A stretch of DNA of 52,759 nt from Armatimonadota bacterium. GTDB taxonomy: Bacteria; Armatimonadota; Fimbriimonadia; Fimbriimonadales; Fimbriimonadaceae. Location: positions 1 through 52,759 of the forward strand of contig JANNQV010000050.1 of assembly GCA_031400935.1 (NCBI GenBank). Direction: 5' to 3'. The first letter of the stretch is position 1. The number at the start of each line of letters is the position of its first letter. The notes under the pieces are model-generated. The model was not told the origin of the DNA. It made no database searches and saw only the letters and a list, made by a program, of their open reading frames with translations. The position numbers and the translations under genes were made by a program. Below, piece after piece: positions 11,554-19,860 of this stretch.

Positions 11554-12063
11554 GTGGGACTCTTTCGAGGTCGCAGGTCGCTCATAGTTTTGCTTGCAGT
11601 ATTCTCGTTAGCCCTACAAAGTGGAGCCGCAAAGGGAGACCTTCTTGTGATATTTAAGGGAAATGGAATCAGCTATGCAAATGAAGCTTTCAGCACAGAA
11701 AGGCAAAGCATTGTGCTAGTTACTAAGTACCAAATTAGTTCAAGCTTGATTGCTCAAATTACCGTTGCGTTTCGAAACGGCATAGATGTCCGAGTTGTTG
11801 TTCGATCTTCGAAGCTTGCCGAATTCTATAGATCTTTCGACCTACCAGTGTACGAAAACAAGCAGTGCTCAGAAGCCGATTGGCAGAAGGTTAATGGCTT
11901 GTGGTTTGGATATCGTACGAGAATTGACGATTGTGGACTTATGACTTCCACTGCCCCTGGTTATTCAGGAACTATCACAATTGATGATCTCGATTTCTAT
12001 AGGGAGAGGGCAAAGAGGTTGCTTCAGCATATAGGGCAGTTCAGTTCGCATGAAACTCCTTAG
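11554..12063 (+). CDS. Secreted protein with weak PLD/Nuc-like N-terminal half and no HKD motif
   Basis: GTG start after the repeat, signal peptide, then SIVLVTKYQISSSLIAQITVAFRNGIDVRVVV, which resembles the PLD_2 fold. The track ORF start at 11428 only translates repeat DNA. Confidence 0.5.
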   Translation: MGLFRGRRSLIVLLAVFSLALQSGAAKGDLLVIFKGNGISYANEAFSTERQSIVLVTKYQISSSLIAQITVAFRNGIDVRVVVRSSKLAEFYRSFDLPVYENKQCSEADWQKVNGLWFGYRTRIDDCGLMTSTAPGYSGTITIDDLDFYRERAKRLLQHIGQFSSHETP

Positions 12064-12078
12064 GTTTGAGAGATCTGG

Positions 12079-12432
12079 CGAAGTGACTGGATAGTAGCAA
12101 TGACTTGTACTTACACAACGATTGGAAAGAATTTACAAGATATCCTGCCCACCCGTCCGCGTGAGGGTTGAGGGATCAAAAATGCGTAGGCACTATGAGC
12201 TACAGGTAGAGCATCAGCATCACCCTGACGTAAGCGCAAGTGCCCGGGATATCTTCTATCGTCTGTGCCACGGTCAAACGAGGAACGAGTTTGTCCGTGG
12301 CCTTGTGACAGTGAGTAGAATTGGGGAATGTGCGCGGTCAATCTCAATCGTTTGATAAAAGGTAAATGTCGAGAGGGGTCGCTTGGCCGTGGCACACGTT
12401 CGGGGAATCCAATAAATATCCTGGGCACTTGC
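12079..12432. repeat. Cluster of half-sites and REP hairpins
   Basis: Half-sites at 12079-12094 (+, weak), 12130-12158 (-), 12236-12255 (+) and 12415-12432 (-). Hairpins at 12263-12301 (+, same cgaggaacgag loop as the RAYT flank) and 12332-12397 (-). Confidence 0.8.
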
Positions 12433-12449
12433 AAGAATTACTGTAACTA

Positions 12450-12836
12450 ATGAAAAATTTGGCTTTTTACCTCCTATTGGGATTTGCGGTTTTCGGTGCC
12501 AATATCACGGGTTGCGGCAAGGGGAACTTGCAAAGTGAGCTAATATCTGGCATCGAGCGATTTGATCCGGCACCTGGAAACGATTTCGGAACGCAGGAAG
12601 ATGTTGACTCTTTCGTTGCAAAACTGCGCAAAAGCGGTATTGCCCTTGATTTTCTAAGAACTGAATATGAACAAGGTAACGTAAATCGCAGGTATACGGC
12701 GTTGTTTTTCATGAAGGAAAGTGGATTCTTACCGTCCAAAGTGCAGTTGAAACAATGGGCGATTCAAGAAAAGCAAATGAAGGATACAGATAAATCTATT
12801 CAGAGCAAAATTCAACTGATGATTGAAGGAAATTAG
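12450..12836 (+). CDS. Hypothetical lipoprotein
   Basis: Signal peptide ending ITGC, 128 aa. The stop codon directly abuts the repeat half-site at 12837. Confidence 0.7.
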   Translation: MKNLAFYLLLGFAVFGANITGCGKGNLQSELISGIERFDPAPGNDFGTQEDVDSFVAKLRKSGIALDFLRTEYEQGNVNRRYTALFFMKESGFLPSKVQLKQWAIQEKQMKDTDKSIQSKIQLMIEGN

Positions 12837-13311
12837 CGACGTGTGACATGGAATATATTTGATCCCTCGCCCCTGACATCTCAGCGACCGACGGGTGGTA
12901 TGGACAGTCATTCTTCGCATCACCATCAAATGCAAGATAGAATGGAAAATGAATGTTTGTCCATGAAGGCAGGCTGAGAGGTCTGACAAGGACGTGTGGG
13001 CTGGATATCTTTCAATTTCCAAGGAATGGGTGCCACGGCCAAGCGATGCGTCCTCATTTCAATCTCTTCCAAATTTGAAAAGCTTGACCGTACTCATTGC
13101 CCAATCTTACTCTTTCTTCTCCTAAGCACTGACAGGCGAGGAACGCCTGCCCCGCCGTATGGAAATGCAATAGGGGAGTTTGTCAGTGATTCCCAACGAG
13201 ATTCATGGACAAACATTCTTTTTCCAATCTAGCCCCTATTTGAGGTTGATACGAAGAATGCCTGTCCATGGCACCCGACTTAACTTACAATTCGTCAACG
13301 ACACCCGTCGT
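12837..13311. repeat. Largest REP cluster (BIME/REPIN-like)
   Basis: Half-sites at 12837 (+), 12990-13011 (+) and 13281-13311 (-). Hairpins at 12893-12965 (+), 13028-13092 (+), 13126-13188 (+, 31-bp insert) and 13204-13276 (-). Confidence 0.85.
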
Positions 13312-13325
13312 CGTATACTATAACT

Positions 13326-13757
13326 ATGCGGAAGAACTTCGTCGCCGTGGGGGCAGGATTTACGATAGGGATCGTAGCCATCGCTGGTTTCCGCTTTCCT
13401 GACACTTCTGTTCGCGAAGCTCGTCCGAAACTAACGATTCTTAAAAGCGCAGAGCCGTACGGCGGTTGTAGCTTTGGCACTAACTACACGCTGGTAAGGA
13501 ATACTGCGAGCGTTGAATTGAAAATTCCAGCCAGTGAAGCGATCAAATCCGCAGCCCCTGAATTACTCGCACAGGGTTACATACGAGTGCAAGCGCAAGG
13601 TACAAACGTTGGTTACCGAAGGGAGTTCGAGAGTGGTCGCGTTTTCGTTCTGTTCAGGGAAGGTTCAGTTAACGAACCTGCGCGAGTCATTGTTTCGGTA
13701 AGGCTTGATAAGGTCATGTGGTATGGCATGCGGGTCCCTTCGCCATTAGGGTTATAG
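13326..13757 (+). CDS. Hypothetical membrane-anchored or secreted protein
   Basis: N-terminal hydrophobic segment, TATACT -10 box just upstream of the ATG, 143 aa. Confidence 0.65.
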   Translation: MRKNFVAVGAGFTIGIVAIAGFRFPDTSVREARPKLTILKSAEPYGGCSFGTNYTLVRNTASVELKIPASEAIKSAAPELLAQGYIRVQAQGTNVGYRREFESGRVFVLFREGSVNEPARVIVSVRLDKVMWYGMRVPSPLGL

Positions 13758-13788
13758 AATCATGCAGCAAGTTGGCAGGGCCACTCGC

Positions 13789-15246
13789 TTAACTTTCCTT
13801 GCTTGCAACCGACAACTTGCGATAGGCTGAATGAGCATAAAACACGAGGCCAGCCGCAAGAATCAACAGACAAAGCCCCGTGTGCGTAGGACTCAAGAAC
13901 GCAATTGGAATGAGAGATGCCGCGACAGTAACAATTACCGGACCCCTTCCTAACACTAGTAAAGTTGAAACCACAGCGAGAAGGGAGGCAATTAGAATTC
14001 CACCCACATGTCCGACGTAACTTTGGAAAATAACGCTGGAAAAAATGGCGATTGCGAACGCCCCGATAGCCGCAGAAAGTCGGTAAAAACTCAAGCTTGG
14101 CCAAAGAAGCTGCCTTCCAATCAGAAGCAAAATAGAGAAAATGGCAAAAGACGCCGGAAGAGCGCCCAGAGCTTGAAAGTATGTTTCTCGCCTGACTGTT
14201 TCTGCTGGAAAGTCGAGACTGATTTGCTGCGCAGAGAGAGCATCAGGAATGGACCACTTTGTGATGGAACCTTCGGTTGAGGTCGGAACAATGCTGCCAC
14301 GAACAAATCGAACAGGCAGTTTGGTGTCCAAGGTTAGCTCGAACTGCCTAACTTTTCGACGAGTTGATCCAATATCGTAAGTAAACCGTCCTGACCCATT
14401 TTTGACGAACTGGATCGTTGCTTTGCGCGATTCGCCGGGAGCTAATTGCTGTTTCCATTCATGCATCCCGCTTTTCTCGTCCGGCTCGGCTACATCTTCA
14501 TTCCCAACCTGAACTTTCAGATTCGTGATCATGCTTCCATATTGAGAAACTGGAAAAGTAAAGCGAACGGTTGCCAACTCACTAGATGGATTATGAAATT
14601 CGAATGTTGCCTTGAAGTTGATTTCGTAGGCTCTTGAAGATGCCTCGCGAACCTGGACTTGTATCTTCGATTGATCAAGGGCAACCGGAGTTTCGTCTAT
14701 TCGAGTTACTTCACGCGTGAAAACAACGTTTTCACCGCTTCGGCGGAATGTGTCCAGCAACTTTGTAATGTTTTCAGTTGTCGGATCAGTCAGATAGGGA
14801 GCCAGTATTCCCACGCCATCGGTACCAATTCTTTGCACAAAATCCGGTGGCAGCATCATTGTTCTGGTATAGGTCTTTTCAGCGAGAATGGAAACTGTAG
14901 GGCCGTACTGATGAAATTCTTCAGCTTCAATTTCGGCGTTCACGGTTGATTCGGCTGATTCTTGCCTATCAAACGCTTCCCTGGCATTTGGCAGGGCTTG
15001 GTGAAGGACTCCCCAGCCCGCCAGATACACCATGACAAGAATCGCGATTCCTCCAATTTGGCTGCGATTTAGGAAATTTAGCAATGGAGAGTGTTCAGTC
15101 TTTTCCTTTGTAAGACTGCGAGCAATGATCCATGCGGCGCCTAACAAGCCGACGACAATGGCGACGGGCATCGCGACGCTCAAAAGGAGTCGTAGTAAGC
15201 TGCTAAGCTCTTGTCGGGCTGCTGAAACAATCGTGTTTTCCATCAT
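13789..15246 (-). CDS. Multi-pass membrane protein with a large extracytoplasmic beta domain (CreD-like architecture)
   Basis: Two N-terminal TMs, a soluble region with F.F.NP....ATVRFTFP, and about five C-terminal TMs. The family call is tentative. Confidence 0.55.
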   Translation of the reverse strand: MMENTIVSAARQELSSLLRLLLSVAMPVAIVVGLLGAAWIIARSLTKEKTEHSPLLNFLNRSQIGGIAILVMVYLAGWGVLHQALPNAREAFDRQESAESTVNAEIEAEEFHQYGPTVSILAEKTYTRTMMLPPDFVQRIGTDGVGILAPYLTDPTTENITKLLDTFRRSGENVVFTREVTRIDETPVALDQSKIQVQVREASSRAYEINFKATFEFHNPSSELATVRFTFPVSQYGSMITNLKVQVGNEDVAEPDEKSGMHEWKQQLAPGESRKATIQFVKNGSGRFTYDIGSTRRKVRQFELTLDTKLPVRFVRGSIVPTSTEGSITKWSIPDALSAQQISLDFPAETVRRETYFQALGALPASFAIFSILLLIGRQLLWPSLSFYRLSAAIGAFAIAIFSSVIFQSYVGHVGGILIASLLAVVSTLLVLGRGPVIVTVAASLIPIAFLSPTHTGLCLLILAAGLVFYAHSAYRKLSVASKES

Positions 15247-15324
15247 GTCCGTTTCTCAGCTTAAGTAAACCCGACATTCATGAGTTCACTAAGTGCACTG
15301 TTGAGAAATGCCATTTTGAAATTC

Positions 15325-15610
15325 TGAACCCGATCCTCGGCGCAGCACATTGGAGGCGTTTGAGTCCGTGGACTCCGGGTTCAAAGTCGCCTAATTTCAT
15401 GCATCCCGGAGGGATGCCAGTAGCAAAGCTCTTAGCAAATCGAAATTATGTTTGTCCTTGATCAATATATGATTTTGCAAACATTCTGACTCTGCTGGCA
15501 ACCCTCCGGGTTGCGGGGTCGGAACCTCGCACAATCCCGGTGTCTTCGACCTCCGGCTATACGGCTTTGACCCCTTCGTGGACTTCTGAAAAACGTGCAC
15601 TCCGGGATCA
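15325..15610. repeat. Degenerate palindromic repeat cluster (CCCGGAGGG type)
   Basis: gcatcccggagggatgccag (15401-15420) is inverted against ctggcaaccctccgggttgc (15495-15514). A further tgaacccg...cgggttca pair is present. Confidence 0.65.
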
Positions 15611-15635
15611 TTTCTGAACAATCCCTACGAGGTTC

Positions 15636-15703
15636 TTGGTTATTGGTTATTCGGAATTCGTTGCTAGTCATCAACGAATAACCAATAACCAACAACTAAC
15701 AAC
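15636..15703. repeat. Inverted heptamer tandem repeats (TTGGTTA/TAACCAA)
   Basis: ttggttattggttattcg (15636-15653) and its exact reverse complement at 15675-15692. Confidence 0.8.
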
Positions 15704-15715
15704 GATTTCCGCTCC

Positions 15716-16246
15716 CTACTTTGCGCTCTTCGTAAACAACCCTTCGCCGACTTTCACCCACTTGTCCGCCATTTTGAACTCTAGCGTGAAAAGCGCCGTG
15801 GTTGCCGACTTCTTCAAGAACGTAGAGCGGCTGACCGAGGCTTCGGGAGACATGTCCATGACCCAAGGGTCGCTAGTCATTACGAATCTATCGCCTTCGA
15901 AGTTGCCGCGCTCGATTCGTGGATTCGCAGACATGTTGGTGTACGCCCATGAAACGTATTGTTTCTTCGCCGAATCATAGCCCAAGAACATGGATTCGGT
16001 CATTTTCATTCCCATCATGTCCATTACTGAAACCGTTCGCATGAACTTGCCGTCCATATCAATCTTCATGGTTCCGACGGAATCGAATTTCATGCCTTCC
16101 ATATCCATTGGCATGGTTCCGGTCCAAGTTCCGATCATCCAATCGAGCTTTTTCAACTCTGCGGGTGGGGTTAAGTCGGGCATTTGCTGAGCGAAAGCCG
16201 TTGTTGCGGCGGTTGCAAACATCAAACTGATCAAAATTCTTTTCAT
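15716..16246 (-). CDS. Secreted DUF1579-like beta-barrel protein
   Basis: Signal peptide MKRILISL..AFA, then ELKKLDWMIGTWTG and FLGYDSAKKQYVSW. A GGAG RBS precedes ATG 16246. Confidence 0.75.
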   Translation of the reverse strand: MKRILISLMFATAATTAFAQQMPDLTPPAELKKLDWMIGTWTGTMPMDMEGMKFDSVGTMKIDMDGKFMRTVSVMDMMGMKMTESMFLGYDSAKKQYVSWAYTNMSANPRIERGNFEGDRFVMTSDPWVMDMSPEASVSRSTFLKKSATTALFTLEFKMADKWVKVGEGLFTKSAK

Positions 16247-16482
16247 TGCGTTTTCTCCTTCAGCAAGCGTTGTTTTCGCGAGCCGATACACTTTACGAGA
16301 ATATTCTAACCGTTTGTTTCCTGGATTGAGTTGACATTTCATGCGAATTTGTCAATTCTGGGCACTTGGTGGGATCAGATGTGAACACCAAGGGAATACG
16401 CACAGGATTGGCAATAGAGTTAGTTCTAATGAAAGAGTAGCTTCGTCTGCCAAGTTCACCTAAGCAAGGTATCGTATACGCC

Positions 16483-17982
16483 ATGCCTCCTGCCCTGAAG
16501 ATGGATGGAATTTCGCGCCGGTTCGGCGCTGTTCAGGCATTAGATAAAGTTGATTTCTCAGTCGAAAAGGGCGAGATTCATGCGCTTGTCGGTGAAAACG
16601 GGGCTGGGAAAACAACCCTGATGCGGATTCTCTATGGTTCAGAGATAGCAGATTCCGGGGTCATAGAACTAGAAGGAAATGCCGTTCAATTCCACATGGC
16701 AGCTGATGGAATCGCCGCCGGAATCGGAATGGTCAGCCAGCATTACAGCATTATTCCGGAGCTTTCGTGCCTTGAGAACCTTATGCTCGGAGCAGAGCCA
16801 GCTTGGCTGATCCAAAAGGACGAAGCCAAAGTGCGAGCCGACAGCCTGGCAGTGCAGATGAACTTTGCCTTTGATTGGGATCAGCATGCGGAGCATCTAA
16901 GTCCTTCCGGAGCGCAAAAACTGGAAATCTTAAAACTTCTTTGGCGAAACGCCAGGATCATGGTTCTCGATGAACCAACGGCGATGCTCTCTCCGTCGGA
17001 TTCGGATGCGCTTTTTGCTTCGCTGAAGCTCTTGGCGCAATCTGGCGCGACTGTAATTGTGGTAACTCACCGAATTCCCGAAGTCTTGGAACATTGCGAC
17101 CGAGTCACAGTTTTGCGAGGCGGAAAAGTAGTTCAAGCCCTTCCAGTCGCAGGTTCAACGGCATCGCAACTTGCAGAACTGATTATCGGCAAGACCGTTG
17201 ATTTGACGCCGCGTACCGCCTCTACCAAATTCGGTTCTGTAACCCTAAGCTGCGAAAACCTGACGGTTAAAGGATACCGAGGCGATCAGGCTGTAAAGAA
17301 TGTATCCTTTTTAGTTCGTTCTGGGGAGATTTTAGGGATTGCTGGTGTTGACGGTTCAGGGCAGAGAGAGCTGTTTTGGAGTCTGATCGGTAGGTTGAAA
17401 CGCGAAAGTGGTTCGATCGAGTTTAACGGAAAGGAAATCGCCAAGAATTCTGTAGCTGAAAGATTGGAAATGGGCTTCCGACTTATTCCAGAAGATCGCC
17501 ACGGTGAAGGCGTTGTGGACGAATGGCCTTTGGAGGAAAATGCCGCTATCGGACTCCAGAGGCAACCGTCACTTTGTAATGGTTTATGGATTGATCAGGC
17601 AAATCGAAAGGAAATGGCCACTTCGATGGTGGCACGATTTGACACCAAGCATGGCGGACTTGAGAAGCCAATCTCTGGACTTTCAGGCGGAAATCAGCAA
17701 AGATTCGTGGCTGCGCGAGCACTCTCAACTGAACCCAAGGTCATATTGGCGTTCCAACCGGCTCGAGGACTTGATATTGAAGCCACAAGGCAAGTTTATG
17801 AAGCAATTGGCCTGGAGTGTGTGAAAGGTGCATGCGCAATTGTTGTTTCCTATGACCTTGATGAATTGCTCGACAATTGCGACCGTGTGGTGGCTATGAA
17901 TCGTGGAAAGCTGTTCGAACCGACGATAGGGCTTGAACGTGACCGAAAAACGATAGGCGAGCTGATGGTGGCGAGCGAATGA
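16483..17982 (+). CDS. Nucleoside/sugar (CUT2) ABC transporter ATP-binding protein
   Basis: GENGAGKTT, LDEPT, second domain with PEDR and LSGGNQQ. Confidence 0.93.
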   Translation: MPPALKMDGISRRFGAVQALDKVDFSVEKGEIHALVGENGAGKTTLMRILYGSEIADSGVIELEGNAVQFHMAADGIAAGIGMVSQHYSIIPELSCLENLMLGAEPAWLIQKDEAKVRADSLAVQMNFAFDWDQHAEHLSPSGAQKLEILKLLWRNARIMVLDEPTAMLSPSDSDALFASLKLLAQSGATVIVVTHRIPEVLEHCDRVTVLRGGKVVQALPVAGSTASQLAELIIGKTVDLTPRTASTKFGSVTLSCENLTVKGYRGDQAVKNVSFLVRSGEILGIAGVDGSGQRELFWSLIGRLKRESGSIEFNGKEIAKNSVAERLEMGFRLIPEDRHGEGVVDEWPLEENAAIGLQRQPSLCNGLWIDQANRKEMATSMVARFDTKHGGLEKPISGLSGGNQQRFVAARALSTEPKVILAFQPARGLDIEATRQVYEAIGLECVKGACAIVVSYDLDELLDNCDRVVAMNRGKLFEPTIGLERDRKTIGELMVASE

Positions 17983-18998
17983 TTTTGCGGCGCGAGAATC
18001 TTCAAACTTGGAAAGTTGCAGGTCTTTGCATCTCGGCTATCGCATTGCTGTTTCTTCTGATTCTTGGAGCAGGAGCATCGCCCATGGAAGCTGCAGTAAA
18101 GCTATGGGACAGCGCGTTTGGAAATCCCCTGAAATTCTCTAACACATTGAAAGAAACAACACCTCTTCTATTGGCTGGGCTTGCTGTTTACATCGCGCTG
18201 AAGGCCGGGCTTTTCAACATCGGCGTTGAAGGCCAAATCACGATTGGAGCACTTTGTACTGCGGTGGTCGCACTTCGATTTCCAGGCATCCTTGGGATCG
18301 TTTTAGGTTCTTTGGCGGGAATGGCTGGCGGTGCGTTATGGGCATTGCCTGCGGGCTGGCTAAAGGCGTACCGAGGCGGGCATGAGGTCATTTCGACGAT
18401 CATGCTGAACAATATCGCTTCGGGATTGACTCTAGCTTTAGTTGCTGGACCGCTTAAAGACCCAAGTCAAGAGGGAACTACGACTCGGGATTTAGCGGGA
18501 AACACCTTGCTTCCCAACATTATTGACTCCAACAAATGGCAACTAAACCTTGCTTTACCGATCGCCATTGCACTGCTAGTCTTGTTTTCGATCTGGCTCA
18601 AAAAGTCTGTTGCCGGATATGAATTGCGAATGGTTGGCGCAAACCCGCAAGCTTCAGAATTCGCTGGAATTGATGTGAAGAAGTCAATAATGAAAGCAAT
18701 GCTGGCTTCGGGAGCCGTAGCGGGATTTACTGGTGCTGTTCTCGTTTTGGCATTTGAACACAGATTCTTTCATGGAATGTCATCTGGATTCGGTTTCGAT
18801 GCACTAGGTGTCGCGATGCTTGCTGGTGCGACTCCTTTAGCCATGTTGGGTTCCGGATTGCTCTTTGGCGTTTTAAACAAGGGCTCTTCTGCAATCCAGA
18901 TTCTTGGAATTCCGAAAGGCATTACCTGGATTGTTCTGGCCTTGCTGATCATTGTCTTTGCGGCAATTCGTTATCGAAAGGAAGGCAGCCATGAATGA
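17979..18998 (+). CDS. ABC transporter permease (nucleoside type)
   Basis: GLFNIGVEGQ, HEVISTIMLN and multiple TMs. Confidence 0.92.
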   Translation: MILRRENLQTWKVAGLCISAIALLFLLILGAGASPMEAAVKLWDSAFGNPLKFSNTLKETTPLLLAGLAVYIALKAGLFNIGVEGQITIGALCTAVVALRFPGILGIVLGSLAGMAGGALWALPAGWLKAYRGGHEVISTIMLNNIASGLTLALVAGPLKDPSQEGTTTRDLAGNTLLPNIIDSNKWQLNLALPIAIALLVLFSIWLKKSVAGYELRMVGANPQASEFAGIDVKKSIMKAMLASGAVAGFTGAVLVLAFEHRFFHGMSSGFGFDALGVAMLAGATPLAMLGSGLLFGVLNKGSSAIQILGIPKGITWIVLALLIIVFAAIRYRKEGSHE

Positions 18999-19842
18999 AA
19001 TATATGTGGTGCTTCTTGGCACGTTACTTCTTTCGGCGCCATTAATCTTGGCGGCGATGGGCGGGCTGGCAAGCGAACGTTCGGGCGTCATCAACATAGG
19101 TTTGGAAGGGAAGATGCTGGTGGCTTGCGTGATCACGGCATTGGTCAGCCAGCGAACCGGAAACGCATACTTCGGTGTCTCTGCTGGAATTTCGGCTTCA
19201 ATTATAATGAGCCTTGTTCATTTCTTGTTGACTCAATCGTTCCGAATTGACCATATTGTCAGCGGCATGGCCGTTAATGCTCTAGCGTTTGGTTTGAGTA
19301 ATTTTGTTGATCGCAGGTTCATTTCCAGAGAAGGATCTTCAAGATTTCCTCATCTAGCTGAGAATTTGTATCTTGCCATCGCCCTATTGGCACCAGTTGT
19401 AGCTTGGATATTCTTGGAGAAAACTCGTGGTGGATTGCGCTTACGAGCGGTTGGCGAAGACCCTAACAAATCGCGACAAATGGGGCTTTCACCGGTTGTG
19501 ATACGGTTCAAAGCACTCGTCATGACTGGAGTTTGTTGCGGAATTGCAGGTGCGCTGATTGTAAGTTCGGCAGGCTCATTTGTGGATCAAATGACGGCGG
19601 GAAGAGGTTTCATTGCGTTAGCAGCGCTGATATTAGGAGGATGGCGTCCGATTCCGGCATTGCTGGCTTGCTTGGTTTTTGGGTTCTTTGATGCGTTGCA
19701 AATTCAACTTCAAGGAACAGAGCTTGCCGGAGCCAAATTGCCTCCCGAATTTTGGAAGGCTCTTCCGTACATTGCAACTCTTGGAGCAATGGCCGGATTG
19801 CTCGGGAAAAATCGGGCACCGTCGGGACTTGGCAAGGCCTGA
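18991..19842 (+). CDS. ABC transporter permease (nucleoside type)
   Basis: SERSGVINIGLEG, GLRLRAVGE, GRGFIALAA, LPY and AP.GLG. Confidence 0.92.
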   Translation: MNEIYVVLLGTLLLSAPLILAAMGGLASERSGVINIGLEGKMLVACVITALVSQRTGNAYFGVSAGISASIIMSLVHFLLTQSFRIDHIVSGMAVNALAFGLSNFVDRRFISREGSSRFPHLAENLYLAIALLAPVVAWIFLEKTRGGLRLRAVGEDPNKSRQMGLSPVVIRFKALVMTGVCCGIAGALIVSSAGSFVDQMTAGRGFIALAALILGGWRPIPALLACLVFGFFDALQIQLQGTELAGAKLPPEFWKALPYIATLGAMAGLLGKNRAPSGLGKA

Positions 19843-19860
19843 GCGGGTACGGTAGCCAAT

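Noticed and set aside
12111..12434. ORFs 12122..12355 (+) and 12111..12434 (-), and similarly 12996..13232
   Set aside because: They translate repeat-cluster DNA and have no protein-like features.
10185..13311. CRISPR array
   Set aside because: The repeats occur in both orientations, vary in length and sequence, are irregularly spaced around whole genes, and no cas genes are present.
10185..13790. Classical integron with attC sites
   Set aside because: There is no tyrosine recombinase (IntI) in the window, the repeats lack consistent RYYYAAC/GTTRRRY ends, and the cargo genes are not all co-oriented.
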